A stretch of DNA of 64,000 nt from Candidatus Omnitrophica bacterium UBA6249 (GCA_002441305.1 DJVT01000002.1:16335-80334), one strand, 5' to 3'; shown: positions 33,317 through 43,018, numbered from the stretch's first letter. Numbers and translations: made by a program. The notes: generated by a model from the letters alone, not told the origin.

Positions 33317-33545
33317 GTATTTCCACGGCAACCTTGTTGGCTACTCCGTGCCCCAGAACCAATACGCTCCTGCCTACTTTTATCGCCACAGGCCCGCTTA
33401 AACCGATATGGCTGACCTTGGTGATTTCCCTGCCTATATAAACCCCCATGCTCATAAGCTTGTTTTTCAAACCCGCACCTGCGTTGATCTCAAAGACAAC
33501 GCCTTTCTGTCGCGCCTTCATTTGAATCAAACTTGCTTTTTTCAT
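33309..33545 (-). CDS. feoA: FeoA domain protein
   Basis: 78 aa. SH3-like FeoA pattern (GVVFEINAGAGLKNKLMSMGVYIGREI...), directly upstream of feoB. Confidence 0.8.
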   Translation of the reverse strand: MKKASLIQMKARQKGVVFEINAGAGLKNKLMSMGVYIGREITKVSHIGLSGPVAIKVGRSVLVLGHGVANKVAVEIHD

Positions 33546-33546
33546 T

Positions 33547-34155
33547 TTATTTTATATGTCTCGATATGGCATTGAATACCCGGCCGGCTATAACTTTATA
33601 ACCGCGGGCGTTCGGATGAAAAAAATCGCTTTTCATCGATGGGTTGGTAATAATCTTATTAAGCACGACAGGAATGAATACGGCTTGTTTTTTCTCTGCC
33701 AGCCTTTTAAAGGCCTTTCTGTATTGTTTAAAGAACATCCCCGCGCTTATGTCCATTAAGGCGACCATTGCCCCGCGTTCCTGGATAAGGTCGATAATCC
33801 GGTCCAGGTTTTCTATGGTCGTTTCCTCGGGGATATTTTTCAGAAAGTCGTTCCCGCAGAATTCGACAATAACCAGCCTGGGATTCTTAGAAAGCACATC
33901 CTGCTCTAAACGTTCCAGGGCGGCAAAAGAAGTATCTCCGTCAACGCCCGCGTTAATTACCGGAGCTTTGAGCATCTTCTCCAGGACAGAAGGATAATCA
34001 TCCCCCCGGTTTACCCCGTATCCGAAAGTAATACTGTCTCCGAAACAAATAATATTGCCGTCTTTTTTCCCTGCGTTCCTGATTTCCTGCCTGGTGCACC
34101 CGGCCAAAATGAAGGCTGCGGCAACCAGCACAATCGTTTTATTAATTATTTTCAT
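33547..34155 (-). CDS. SGNH/GDSL-family hydrolase lipoprotein (TesA/arylesterase-like)
   Basis: 202 aa. Lipobox FILAGC. Block I ICFGDSITFGYG, block III EFCGND, block V FHPNARG. Confidence 0.8.
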   Translation of the reverse strand: MKIINKTIVLVAAAFILAGCTRQEIRNAGKKDGNIICFGDSITFGYGVNRGDDYPSVLEKMLKAPVINAGVDGDTSFAALERLEQDVLSKNPRLVIVEFCGNDFLKNIPEETTIENLDRIIDLIQERGAMVALMDISAGMFFKQYRKAFKRLAEKKQAVFIPVVLNKIITNPSMKSDFFHPNARGYKVIAGRVFNAISRHIK

Positions 34156-35224
34156 GTCTCAGCCTCAACTGTCCGCATGCGGCGTCGATATCGGCCCCTC
34201 TCCTTTTCCTCAAAGTAACATTGACCCCGGACTTTGCCAGGCATTCCTTAAAACATAACGCCTGCGCGGCTGAAGGAGGAATGATTTTCTTTCCGCTTAC
34301 GGGGTTTGCCGGAATCAGGTTGACCTTAGCCAGTCTCAGTCCGGACAACAGGATAGCCAGCTTCCGGGCGCAAGACAAATCCGAATTGAGCCCCTTGATC
34401 AAAATGTACTCGAAAGTTATCTGCCGGTTGGTGGCCTCGATATACTCATTGCAGCAAGGGATCAATTCCCCAAGCGGGTATTTACGGTTCACCGGCATAA
34501 TCTCCGTGCGCAACTTATCATCCGCAGCATGCAAAGAAACGGATAACTCCACCTGCAAATCCTCCTCTTTCAACTTATTGATCCCCGGAATAATCCCGCA
34601 AGTGGAAATAGTAATATGCCTGGCACCTATATTGAAGGCATCCGGAGAATTGATCATCCTGACAGCCTGTAATACATTGGCATAATTATCCAGCGGTTCT
34701 CCCGTGCCCATAAATACGACATTGTTCAGCCTTGCTTTATGCAGCTGGCTTTTCAATAACAGTATTTCATCCAGAATTTCACCGCATTTTAAATTACGCC
34801 TGAGACCTTTAACCCCGCTGGCGCAAAATCCGCAGGAAAACTTACATCCGGCCTGAGAGGAGATACAGGCGGTAACCCCGGAATAAGATCCGGCACAGGA
34901 CCTGCCAGAATCGCCCGGCAGACGCAAGGCCATAGGAATATTCACTCCTTCGACTAAGTTGCCGTCGTAAAGCTCAAAAAGCAATTTTTCGGTCCCGTCC
35001 GAAGACCTGCTCCCTGCGGATTTCTTGAGCCCCAAGATATAAAAATTACTATTAAGCTTCTCTCTAAGCGGCAGGGGAATATCGCTCATCTGGCTGAAAC
35101 TTAATGCCCCTTTTTGAAAAATCCAGGTAAATATCTGCTTGGCGCGGTATCCGGGCACTCCCCAAGACGCCAGCCTGTCTTTCAAGCCGCTTAAGCCGAT
35201 ATCCTTAACGTCCTCCATAATCAA
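34142..35224 (-). CDS. rlmN: 23S rRNA/tRNA (adenine-C2)-methyltransferase RlmN (radical SAM)
   Basis: 360 aa. N-terminus YRAKQIFTWIF, radical SAM cluster CKFSCGFCASG, GTGEPLDN, and a C-terminal ...DIDAACGQL motif. Confidence 0.85.
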   Translation of the reverse strand: MIMEDVKDIGLSGLKDRLASWGVPGYRAKQIFTWIFQKGALSFSQMSDIPLPLREKLNSNFYILGLKKSAGSRSSDGTEKLLFELYDGNLVEGVNIPMALRLPGDSGRSCAGSYSGVTACISSQAGCKFSCGFCASGVKGLRRNLKCGEILDEILLLKSQLHKARLNNVVFMGTGEPLDNYANVLQAVRMINSPDAFNIGARHITISTCGIIPGINKLKEEDLQVELSVSLHAADDKLRTEIMPVNRKYPLGELIPCCNEYIEATNRQITFEYILIKGLNSDLSCARKLAILLSGLRLAKVNLIPANPVSGKKIIPPSAAQALCFKECLAKSGVNVTLRKRRGADIDAACGQLRLRHENN

Positions 35225-36729
35225 ACACCGCTTCTTAGCTTCTCTTTATCCACCTTGCCGGATCGGTTCTTGGGAAGTTCTGCGCGAAAATCAAAGCAAT
35301 GGGGTATCTTAAAATGAGCCAGGTGCTGGCGCAGAAAATAACGCAAATCTTCTTCCAAAAGATCGCTTCCTTCCCTGCGCACCAGGAAGGCTTTAGGCAC
35401 TTCTCCTCTCAATTTATCCAGTACCCCTACCACGGCGGCCTCGGCGATATCCGGATGCTTCAGCAAAACCGACTCCACCTCCGGTTCGAAAACAATCTCC
35501 CCGCCCACCTTAATCATCTCTTTCTTTCTCCCTACGATATAAAGAAATCCTTCATCGTCGAATCTGCCGAGGTCTCCGGTATAAAACCACCCGTCGCGGA
35601 CAGTTTCACGGGTGAGCTCTTCATCCTTAAGATAGCCATCGGTTACTACCCAGCTCTTCACTGCCACTTCTCCAATCTGTCCATTCTCCAGTTTTTGCTG
35701 GCCTTCGCCAAAAATCCCTACGTCAATCCAGGGAGCGGGCCGGCCTACGCTCTCTATTTTATCCGACCCCATAGGCAAGACTACGGTAGGAGCGTTTGTT
35801 TCGGTAAGCCCCCAGCCGTTCAAAAGATAGGCCTTGGGGCAAAATTTATGGAATCTGCGCAAAGCATCGGGCGAGCTTGAAGCGCCAAAAGTCACTATCC
35901 ATCGCAAGCTGGATAAATCGAAGGTTTCAAATTCCTTCAGCTGCAGCAACGCATAATACATAGAAGGGACGATCCAAAAGAAATTTACCTTATGGCCTTG
36001 AACGTTTCTCAGGAAATCCAAAGGCATGAACCTCTCCATCAACACCATGGTCAGGCCAAAAGTAATCGTATTCTGGATATAAATCAACCCACCCAGATGG
36101 GAGAAGGGTAAGGCGCATAAAGTAACATCCCGAGAAGAAATGTCCTTATTCACGAAAAAGGCCATCGATTTCGGAGGAGCATTCAATTGCTTGTAGCTAA
36201 TCAGTACCCCTTTGGGCTTTCCCGTAGTACCGGAAGTATAAAAGACGATGGCATAATCATTTTCTTTGAGCGGGAGTCCGGAAAAATCCTGCCGGGAGCA
36301 AGAAAGCAGGTCTTCGAAATTTAAAGCACCCTCTTCCCTGCGGCGGCAGGAAATAATATGTTTCAATAAAGGCAGGTTTTCCTTAAGGCGGGAAATCGAA
36401 ACATTGGCCTTATGCTTGGTGACAAGAACCTTTGCCTCGCAATGGCTTAAACAGGAAATTATTTCATCCTCGGTAAGCATAAAATCCAAAGGGACCGCGC
36501 ATGCCCCAATCGACCAAATTGCCAAATAACTGTAAATGTATTCCGGCCAGCTGGGCAAATATATGGCCACCTTGTCTCCGGGGCTTATACCCAGATTTAT
36601 CATGTTTTGGGCCAGGGCGAAAACTTTACGCTTAAGTTCAAGAAAAGAAATTGCTTCCTGGCCAAAAAGTACAGCGGTTTTCCCGCCGTAATCCGCAGCA
36701 CATTTTTTTAGAATATTCACAACATCCAT
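35221..36729 (-). CDS. AMP-dependent acyl-CoA synthetase/ligase
   Basis: 502 aa. AMP-binding motif YTSGTTGKPKGV, plus YTGDLGRFDDEGFLYIVGRKKEMIKVGG. Confidence 0.85.
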   Translation of the reverse strand: MDVVNILKKCAADYGGKTAVLFGQEAISFLELKRKVFALAQNMINLGISPGDKVAIYLPSWPEYIYSYLAIWSIGACAVPLDFMLTEDEIISCLSHCEAKVLVTKHKANVSISRLKENLPLLKHIISCRRREEGALNFEDLLSCSRQDFSGLPLKENDYAIVFYTSGTTGKPKGVLISYKQLNAPPKSMAFFVNKDISSRDVTLCALPFSHLGGLIYIQNTITFGLTMVLMERFMPLDFLRNVQGHKVNFFWIVPSMYYALLQLKEFETFDLSSLRWIVTFGASSSPDALRRFHKFCPKAYLLNGWGLTETNAPTVVLPMGSDKIESVGRPAPWIDVGIFGEGQQKLENGQIGEVAVKSWVVTDGYLKDEELTRETVRDGWFYTGDLGRFDDEGFLYIVGRKKEMIKVGGEIVFEPEVESVLLKHPDIAEAAVVGVLDKLRGEVPKAFLVRREGSDLLEEDLRYFLRQHLAHFKIPHCFDFRAELPKNRSGKVDKEKLRSGV

Positions 36730-38216
36730 TATAATCCGTACCAGAAATTGACCAGTGGTTTGCCTTCCGGCGAAAGATCCAGGACCGTATTCTTGAGCCT
36801 GGTGTACTCAAGGAATCCTGACTGCCCCATCTCTTTTCCAAAACCGCTCTGCTTAAAACCTCCATAAGGCAGCTGGTTGTAAAACATCCCGTATGTATTC
36901 ACCCATATGGTACCGGCGTTTATCTGCCTGGATACTTCCCGGGCTAAAGATAAATCTTTGCTCCAAACACATGCGGCCAGGCCAAAATCCGCATCGTTGG
37001 CAAGTTTTACGGCTTCGTCTGGTCCGGAAAATTTGTTTATCAATACTACCGGTCCGAAAACCTCTTCCCTGAATATGCGTGAATGCGTATTCACGTCCGC
37101 CAAAACTGCCGGTTCCAGGAAATACCCGTTCTTCAATTCAGGATCTTCGGGTATCCTGCCGCCGCAGACAAGCCTCGAGCCTTCCGCCTTCGCCTTATCT
37201 ATGTAAGCCATGACTTTCTTACGCTGGGCATCGTTAATCAACGGGCCCATCTGGGTCTGAAAATCTTCCGCAATCCCCAATTTTATACGCCTTGCCTTAT
37301 TTGTAAAATCCGCAAGGAACCTGTCGTATATGCTTTCCTGGACCAGTATCCTGGACATGGCGGTACACATTTCCCCCTGGTTAAGGAATATGGATGTAAG
37401 CGAGCTGTTGACTGCCACCTCCGGATCAACGTCATCGAATATTATGCTGGCTGATTTTCCCCCTAATTCCATAGTCATCTTTTTCACGCTCTTTGAGGAA
37501 TACTGCAATATCTGCCTGCCTGTTTCGTTGCTTCCCGTGAACGAGATCATATCCAGGCGCCTGTCTGCGCAAAGCTCCTCGCCTATCAGGGATCCGCTTC
37601 CGTTTACGACATTTACCACCCCGGGGGGCAACCCGGACTTCCTTATAATCTTTGCCAGTTCAAAAGCCGTAAGGGGAGTCAAACTGGAAGGCTTCAAAAC
37701 AACAGTATTGCCTGCTGCCAAAGCGGAAGCCAGTTTCCAACAGGCGATCAAAAGCGGGTAATTCCAAGGTATGACCAGAAGAGCAACCCCCAAAGGCTCG
37801 CGGGAAAGGCAGGCTTTAGCTTCCCCGGAAACGGATATCTCTTCATCGCGCAAATAATCCATGAAATTGTTTGCTGCAAAATCGAAAGCCCTGGCGCTGG
37901 AAGGAACATCCATAAATGTCGTTTCTTTTATCGGTTTTCCTGTATTCTGTGTTTCCAGCTGCGCAAGAACTGCAGCCTCATCTAGAATTCCCTGGGCAAT
38001 CTTTAAAATAAAATCCTTGCGCTCCGCCAAAGAGAACGCTGTCCACGGCCCAGAATCAAAAGCGCTCCTTGCGGCGGACAAAGCCAAATCCACTTCCTTA
38101 AAAGAAGCCATCGAGGCTTCCGCAATTACCCTGCCGGTAGAAGGGTTAATAATGTTTTGTCTATTCGGAGTATCGATAAATTCTCCGTTTATAAAAAGCG
38201 GGCATTTCGAATCCAT
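36729..38216 (-). CDS. NAD(P)-dependent aldehyde dehydrogenase
   Basis: 495 aa. ELGGKSA, catalytic-Cys region FLNQGEMCTA, EEVFGPV. Confidence 0.9.
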   Translation of the reverse strand: MDSKCPLFINGEFIDTPNRQNIINPSTGRVIAEASMASFKEVDLALSAARSAFDSGPWTAFSLAERKDFILKIAQGILDEAAVLAQLETQNTGKPIKETTFMDVPSSARAFDFAANNFMDYLRDEEISVSGEAKACLSREPLGVALLVIPWNYPLLIACWKLASALAAGNTVVLKPSSLTPLTAFELAKIIRKSGLPPGVVNVVNGSGSLIGEELCADRRLDMISFTGSNETGRQILQYSSKSVKKMTMELGGKSASIIFDDVDPEVAVNSSLTSIFLNQGEMCTAMSRILVQESIYDRFLADFTNKARRIKLGIAEDFQTQMGPLINDAQRKKVMAYIDKAKAEGSRLVCGGRIPEDPELKNGYFLEPAVLADVNTHSRIFREEVFGPVVLINKFSGPDEAVKLANDADFGLAACVWSKDLSLAREVSRQINAGTIWVNTYGMFYNQLPYGGFKQSGFGKEMGQSGFLEYTRLKNTVLDLSPEGKPLVNFWYGL

Positions 38217-39230
38217 TTAGACCTCTTTCGCGCAAGTTCTAATTTTTACCTCTTTAAACAAAGCAAATAACCTGGTAAAAGGCACATACCATTTAGAAAG
38301 CTGCCCCAATTGGCCGCTCAATTTCATCTTGCCCTGCGTAACCGCCACAAAACAATCCAATCTGCCCAAGAAAACCTGCTCCCAGACATCCGCAGGCGCC
38401 GATATCACAAACGGAGCCTGCGCGTCAAAATCAAGCTTGATGATTTTGCCTTTTTCAAAATTGAACTTATACGCTTGTTCGCATCCGTCCATCTTTACAG
38501 CGAGGCTAACCGTTAAATCCAGCTCTCTCCCCTTCTCCCCAATAAAAGAATCTTTATTAACCAGATCCACGATCGCCTCAATATGCTCCCGGCTGAACAT
38601 GGCATAAGAAACCTGGCTCTTCTTCAAATCGTCCCTTAAAGCTGTATCCAATCCGTCTAAAATATTCTTATCGAACAAGCGCGCCAATGCCGCGCTCTTT
38701 ACCGCCTCTTCCAGCGCCTCGGTAACATCAAGCGCATCAACAAACTTGTCTGCGATCGCTATTACTCCATGATTCCTCAATACGACCAGATTACTGCTTT
38801 TCAAAGCTGCAATCACCGGGCCCGGAACGGTTACCGTAGGAGTATCCTGGTCTATTACCGGGATATCCCCCAAATAGAATTTAGTCTCAAAGCTCATCGC
38901 CTTGAGTGTCTTGACAACGGCAAAATATCCATTAATCAACGGAGGGTGGCAATGCAGGATAACCTTAGAAGGGAAATTTCTGTAGATCAGGCTATGCAAA
39001 GGCAACTCGGAACTGGGTTTTATATCCGGCATAAGGCTGTCTGCGGAAAGATCAACCTTGATTACGTCTTTTTCCGTCAACCTGCCTAATGACGAACCGC
39101 TGGAGGTAATCAGTATATGTTTTTCGCTCACCCTAACACTTAAATTTCCTGACTTGGCTACCGCCAACCCCGCTAAATGCAATTGCTTGCCTGTTTCTAT
39201 AATCTCTCTGACCGCTTCTTGTTCCAGCAC
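38217..39230 (-). CDS. Class II aldolase/adducin-family domain fused to C-terminal SCP2-like domain
   Basis: 337 aa. N-terminal ~200 aa are aldolase_II-like (AKSGNLSVRV, ILHCHPP, LRNHGVIA). The C-terminal ~110 aa, ...FVISAPADVWEQVFLGRLDCFVAVTQGKMKLSGQLGQLSKW..., fit an SCP2 sterol-carrier fold pattern. Confidence 0.7.
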   Translation of the reverse strand: MLEQEAVREIIETGKQLHLAGLAVAKSGNLSVRVSEKHILITSSGSSLGRLTEKDVIKVDLSADSLMPDIKPSSELPLHSLIYRNFPSKVILHCHPPLINGYFAVVKTLKAMSFETKFYLGDIPVIDQDTPTVTVPGPVIAALKSSNLVVLRNHGVIAIADKFVDALDVTEALEEAVKSAALARLFDKNILDGLDTALRDDLKKSQVSYAMFSREHIEAIVDLVNKDSFIGEKGRELDLTVSLAVKMDGCEQAYKFNFEKGKIIKLDFDAQAPFVISAPADVWEQVFLGRLDCFVAVTQGKMKLSGQLGQLSKWYVPFTRLFALFKEVKIRTCAKEV

Positions 39231-39231
39231 T

Positions 39232-40155
39232 CTACACCTCCAAATGAATATGTTTTGTTATCAGGCGGGCGGGAGTAACATCAAAAGCCGGATAATAAGC
39301 CTTGACCTCCCTGGGAGCAAGCAATATCCCCCGGTAAAACTTAAGTTCATTTTCAGGGCGGATTTCGATTTTTATTTCCTTGCCGCTCTTCAGTCTTGAA
39401 GGAGGCGGGCATAATACATAAAAAGGTATTTTAAAATACCTGGCAACAACGGCAATCTGGTAAGTGCCGATCTTATTCGCGATATCCCCGTTTTTAGCCA
39501 AGTGATCCGCCCCTACAATCACCTTGGTTACCTTGCCCAAAGACAGAAGATATGCCACCATGTTATCCGTGATAACAGTAACGGGGTATCCGGCCTTCAT
39601 AAGCTCCCAGGCAGTCAAACGCGACCCCTGGAGATACGGGCGCGTTTCCGTGACATAAAAACTGATTTTTTTGGCATCTTTCCTGGCAAATTCCGCTATC
39701 AAAGGCAACAAACCGCTGACGTTGCAATGCGTAAGAATAACATCGCCGTCCTTAAGTAATCCGGCCGCCTGAAACGCCTGTTTCATCCGGCTCCTCTTGA
39801 GCCTCTCCAGGAAATCCGGAATGCTTTTTTCCAGCGGGATCCCGCGCTTTTCCCAATCAAGCACCATATCGGTCAAAACCTTGAACGAAAGCGTGGGACG
39901 GGTGGAATTAATCGCCTTGGCTACCTTAGCCAAATTGACCTTCTGCATCCTGCTTAAAAGAAAAGTATACATAACCAAGAGCACCTGCCCAACCGCGCGC
40001 GTTTTCATGTCCTTGATTGCCGCGCAGGACTGGCGGTAACCCCTGGATTTTATATAAACCTCTCTCTGGGGGAGCCTTGTTTCATCTAATATATAAATAA
40101 CCTTCCCCTTCATGCGCACCGGCCAAAATAAAGGAGAAAGACCCCCCGTTTTCAT
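39232..40155 (-). CDS. mtnA: eIF-2B/MtnA-family sugar-1-phosphate isomerase (methylthioribose-1-P isomerase-like)
   Basis: 307 aa. IVGADHLAKNGDIANKIGTYQIAVVARYFKIPFYVLCP is the family hallmark. It is shorter than typical MtnA. Confidence 0.6.
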   Translation of the reverse strand: MKTGGLSPLFWPVRMKGKVIYILDETRLPQREVYIKSRGYRQSCAAIKDMKTRAVGQVLLVMYTFLLSRMQKVNLAKVAKAINSTRPTLSFKVLTDMVLDWEKRGIPLEKSIPDFLERLKRSRMKQAFQAAGLLKDGDVILTHCNVSGLLPLIAEFARKDAKKISFYVTETRPYLQGSRLTAWELMKAGYPVTVITDNMVAYLLSLGKVTKVIVGADHLAKNGDIANKIGTYQIAVVARYFKIPFYVLCPPPSRLKSGKEIKIEIRPENELKFYRGILLAPREVKAYYPAFDVTPARLITKHIHLEV

Positions 40156-40901
40156 CTGCCCTCCATCCTCTTGACCAATTCCAACGATATATTGATCAAA
40201 TTGCTTTCCGCCATGTAATAAAGAGGATTCATGAACCCCATCTCTCCGGTAATCACATTATCGCTGACCGCCAGGATAGAGCCAGCTTTGATATTGTATG
40301 TCTGGCAAATCGTCAAAATAGTAGAAGACACCATATCTACCGCTTTCGCCCCCTCGGCACGCTTAGCTTCGATAATATCCCGGGTCTCGCGCAGCAATGC
40401 GTCAGTAGTCCAGGCCTTGCCGCGGTGCACACTCAACCCCATTCCCTTGGCTATTTCGAATAATAAATCGGATATCCCCTTATCTGCGGCAGTCTTGAAG
40501 TCATCCTTGACATAATAAGGAGTCACTCCGTCTCCCCGGATAACCTCATCAACAACGAATAAATCCCCGACCTTCATAGAATCGTCGAGCGCCCCGCAGG
40601 TGCCTATGCGGATTATATTCTGTATGCCCGCATTGCACATTACTTCCGTAGTAATTGACGTATCGGTGGAAAACCTCCCCCCGTTTATAGCGGTGACCTT
40701 GATTCCGTCGAAGGCCCCGGTATACATAGTATATTCCATAAAAGAAAAATTGCGCACCGGATTTTCGATTTTCTTCATCAATACGTCCAGCCTGTCACGC
40801 GGTCCGGGAACGATTGCGTACTTCCCTACATCCTGGGGCCTGAGCTGAACCATTTGTGTCAAATCCTTGCCTGTCAAGTGTACATCTTTTTTCATCTGCA
40901 T
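40152..40901 (-). CDS. PNP_UDP_1-family nucleoside phosphorylase
   Basis: 249 aa. ...IIRIGTCGALD..., ...DMVSSTILTI..., ...SDNVITGE... fit purine/uridine/MTA phosphorylase family 1. It is the first gene of the operon. Confidence 0.75.
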   Translation of the reverse strand: MQMKKDVHLTGKDLTQMVQLRPQDVGKYAIVPGPRDRLDVLMKKIENPVRNFSFMEYTMYTGAFDGIKVTAINGGRFSTDTSITTEVMCNAGIQNIIRIGTCGALDDSMKVGDLFVVDEVIRGDGVTPYYVKDDFKTAADKGISDLLFEIAKGMGLSVHRGKAWTTDALLRETRDIIEAKRAEGAKAVDMVSSTILTICQTYNIKAGSILAVSDNVITGEMGFMNPLYYMAESNLINISLELVKRMEGR

Positions 40902-40925
40902 AACAAAGTTCTCCTCTCGTTTATC

Positions 40926-41255
40926 CTAAGCACGATACATAATTACACTGGCCTTCTCAAGGGTAACCAGGCCTTCTTTGACCATTGCGTCCAAATGGGG
41001 TATAAACTTGCCTATTTTGTCCTCACTGTCCACAATCTCGACAACGACAGGCAAGTCCTCAGACAATCTTAACAGTTTGGCAGTATGCATATGGCTCTTG
41101 CGCCCGAACCCCATAAACCCCTTCCATGCCGTAGCTCCTGCCAAACCCATCCTTTTTGCCAAGATTACTATTTCTTCATAAAGCGGCTTACCGTTCCACT
41201 TATCCGTTTCTCCGATAAAAATCCTTAAAAGCTTGCCGTCTTCGGGAATTTTCAT
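40926..41255 (-). CDS. DUF190 domain protein (CrcB-associated)
   Basis: 109 aa. LLRIFIGETDKWNGKPLYEEIVILAKRMGLAGATAWKGFMGFG is the DUF190 pattern. Overlaps the crcB stop. Confidence 0.75.
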   Translation of the reverse strand: MKIPEDGKLLRIFIGETDKWNGKPLYEEIVILAKRMGLAGATAWKGFMGFGRKSHMHTAKLLRLSEDLPVVVEIVDSEDKIGKFIPHLDAMVKEGLVTLEKASVIMYRA

Positions 41256-41626
41256 ATTATTTCTCCTAAATAAGATCCTGCTCTGAATAAGATCAGTCCA
41301 AAAACCAGGCTGGCAAAAAGATTCAGGGAAGCGCGCATAATCTGGCCGCTTCTTAGCAGGGTGTCGGTCTCGAATATAAATGTGGAAAAAGTGGTAAAGG
41401 CGCCGCAGAAGCCGATCATTAAAAGCATTCTCGCATCGGGGCTGAGCACGAACTTCTTCTCAGATAAAGAAGCAAGTAACCCCAGGATAAAACACCCGCA
41501 AACATTAACAGCCATTGTCCCATAAGGAAAAGAGGTCCCGGCAACTCTATAAACAAACCCCGACAATAAATATCTGGCTGCCGTTCCCGCTGCGCCACCA
41601 ATGACTAAATTGATGAATTTTGTCAT
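41252..41626 (-). CDS. crcB: Fluoride ion channel CrcB/FluC
   Basis: 124 aa, four TM helices. GGAAGTAARY...GFCGAFTTFSTF is typical of CrcB. Confidence 0.9.
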   Translation of the reverse strand: MTKFINLVIGGAAGTAARYLLSGFVYRVAGTSFPYGTMAVNVCGCFILGLLASLSEKKFVLSPDARMLLMIGFCGAFTTFSTFIFETDTLLRSGQIMRASLNLFASLVFGLILFRAGSYLGEII

Positions 41627-41634
41627 AAGAATAG

Positions 41635-42546
41635 TTAGAGACCGAAGATTTCTCTCAAATTCCCGCCCAATATGCCGCTTTTATCTTCCTCGGACAGGTC
41701 TAAATCCTTTACCGCTTTTAACCCAGGTTGAATATCTTGTTTGGCCGGCCAGTCGCTTCCCCATAAAATACGCTTCGGCCCCATAAGTTCAAGCGCTAAG
41801 GAAAAATTTGCCGTGCTGGCGTCCCCGCTGGTATCCACATAAATATTCCTGAGGTACTCGGAAGGCAGCCCCTGCAGGTCTTTAACAAAATTAATCCCGC
41901 GCAGCATCCGGTAGGTGGCGTCAAAACGCTGTTTTAAGTAACATACCGCTCCGCCGAAATAAGGGAAAACGAATTTTACCTTCGCATAGCGCCTTAATAT
42001 ATCCGACATCAGCAATTTTCCGGCGGAGATCGTGGTGTCGAACACGTATTCCACTACTGGCGTAAGCAGGGGATCCTTCACGCGTTCGAAACCTATTGGA
42101 TTTACAATCTGCGGGTGCACAAAAATGGGGATGGAATGCTCGGCGCAATATTCATATACGGGAAGAAACATCCTGTCGTCAAGATATATCCCGTTGTAGC
42201 TTGAAGCCAGGGAAACAGCTCTAAACCCCAACTCTTCGCTTGCCCGCTTCAATTCCCCAAGCATATCGATGGAGTTATCCACCGGCATCACTGCCGCCCC
42301 GATAAACCTCCCGGGGAAACGCTTGAGTATCAAAGAAACATTGTCGTTATATATATGCGCGACTTGGCTGATACTGCCTAATTTCAAATGGGCATCGGAC
42401 GTAGGATAGCTCAATACGGCTGCATCTATGCCTTCCCTGTCCATGGACTTAACCTGTGATTCGATATCCCCCCACCCTTTATGGAAAAAATGGGCATTGG
42501 AGATAATTTCCTCCGGCAACCAGTGGCTATGCGCGTCAATCAACAT
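41635..42546 (-). CDS. Amidohydrolase-2 family metal-dependent hydrolase
   Basis: 303 aa. MLIDAHSHWLPEE...; the TIM-barrel amidohydrolase_2 pattern runs to ...LWGSDWP. Confidence 0.8.
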   Translation of the reverse strand: MLIDAHSHWLPEEIISNAHFFHKGWGDIESQVKSMDREGIDAAVLSYPTSDAHLKLGSISQVAHIYNDNVSLILKRFPGRFIGAAVMPVDNSIDMLGELKRASEELGFRAVSLASSYNGIYLDDRMFLPVYEYCAEHSIPIFVHPQIVNPIGFERVKDPLLTPVVEYVFDTTISAGKLLMSDILRRYAKVKFVFPYFGGAVCYLKQRFDATYRMLRGINFVKDLQGLPSEYLRNIYVDTSGDASTANFSLALELMGPKRILWGSDWPAKQDIQPGLKAVKDLDLSEEDKSGILGGNLREIFGL

Positions 42547-42959
42547 CAGTGTTCAGTGCTCCTTAATATGCGTCCGGACATCTCTTCTTCATAGAGATCC
42601 CTAATCCTCTCCAGGCCTCGCCTGCCAAGCTCTTTTACTATAAGTTTTTCTACCGCATTAAGTTTAAAATCAAGAAAAATAAACTCGGGGTTGATTTTTT
42701 TGCCGCGGTATTTCAGTTCCAAGCAAGCCTTTTCTTTATCCGAAATATACTGGCGGTATTGATTAATGAATTTTTCTAATGCGGTTTTGTCGTGCGGCAG
42801 ATAAGCGCCAAGCAGCTGATTTTCTATCTCGGAAAGCAGATCTTTGTCTATGTCTATCTGGGTAAACTTGCGCTCATATTTATCGAATGCTTCTTTAGTC
42901 GTCTTATACAGCCATAGGAGATAACGCCTTCTTAAGTTTTTTATGTCCTGATTATTCAT
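42546..42959 (-). CDS. Hypothetical protein (137 aa, helical, K/E-rich)
   Basis: ORF only; coupled to the downstream amidohydrolase (stop/start share base 42546). No recognisable motif. Confidence 0.5.
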   Translation of the reverse strand: MNNQDIKNLRRRYLLWLYKTTKEAFDKYERKFTQIDIDKDLLSEIENQLLGAYLPHDKTALEKFINQYRQYISDKEKACLELKYRGKKINPEFIFLDFKLNAVEKLIVKELGRRGLERIRDLYEEEMSGRILRSTEH

Positions 42960-43018
42960 TGCTGTTCTCCTTTCGGGACTGTGCCGCAGAAAGCGTTCCG
43001 GTTATGATGTTTAACGGC

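Noticed and set aside
41627-43018. Fluoride riboswitch expected upstream of crcB / DUF190
   Set aside because: crcB is only 8 nt downstream of the amidohydrolase gene. The 59-nt region upstream of the 137-aa leader gene (42960..43018) shows no crcB-motif features that I can recognise.
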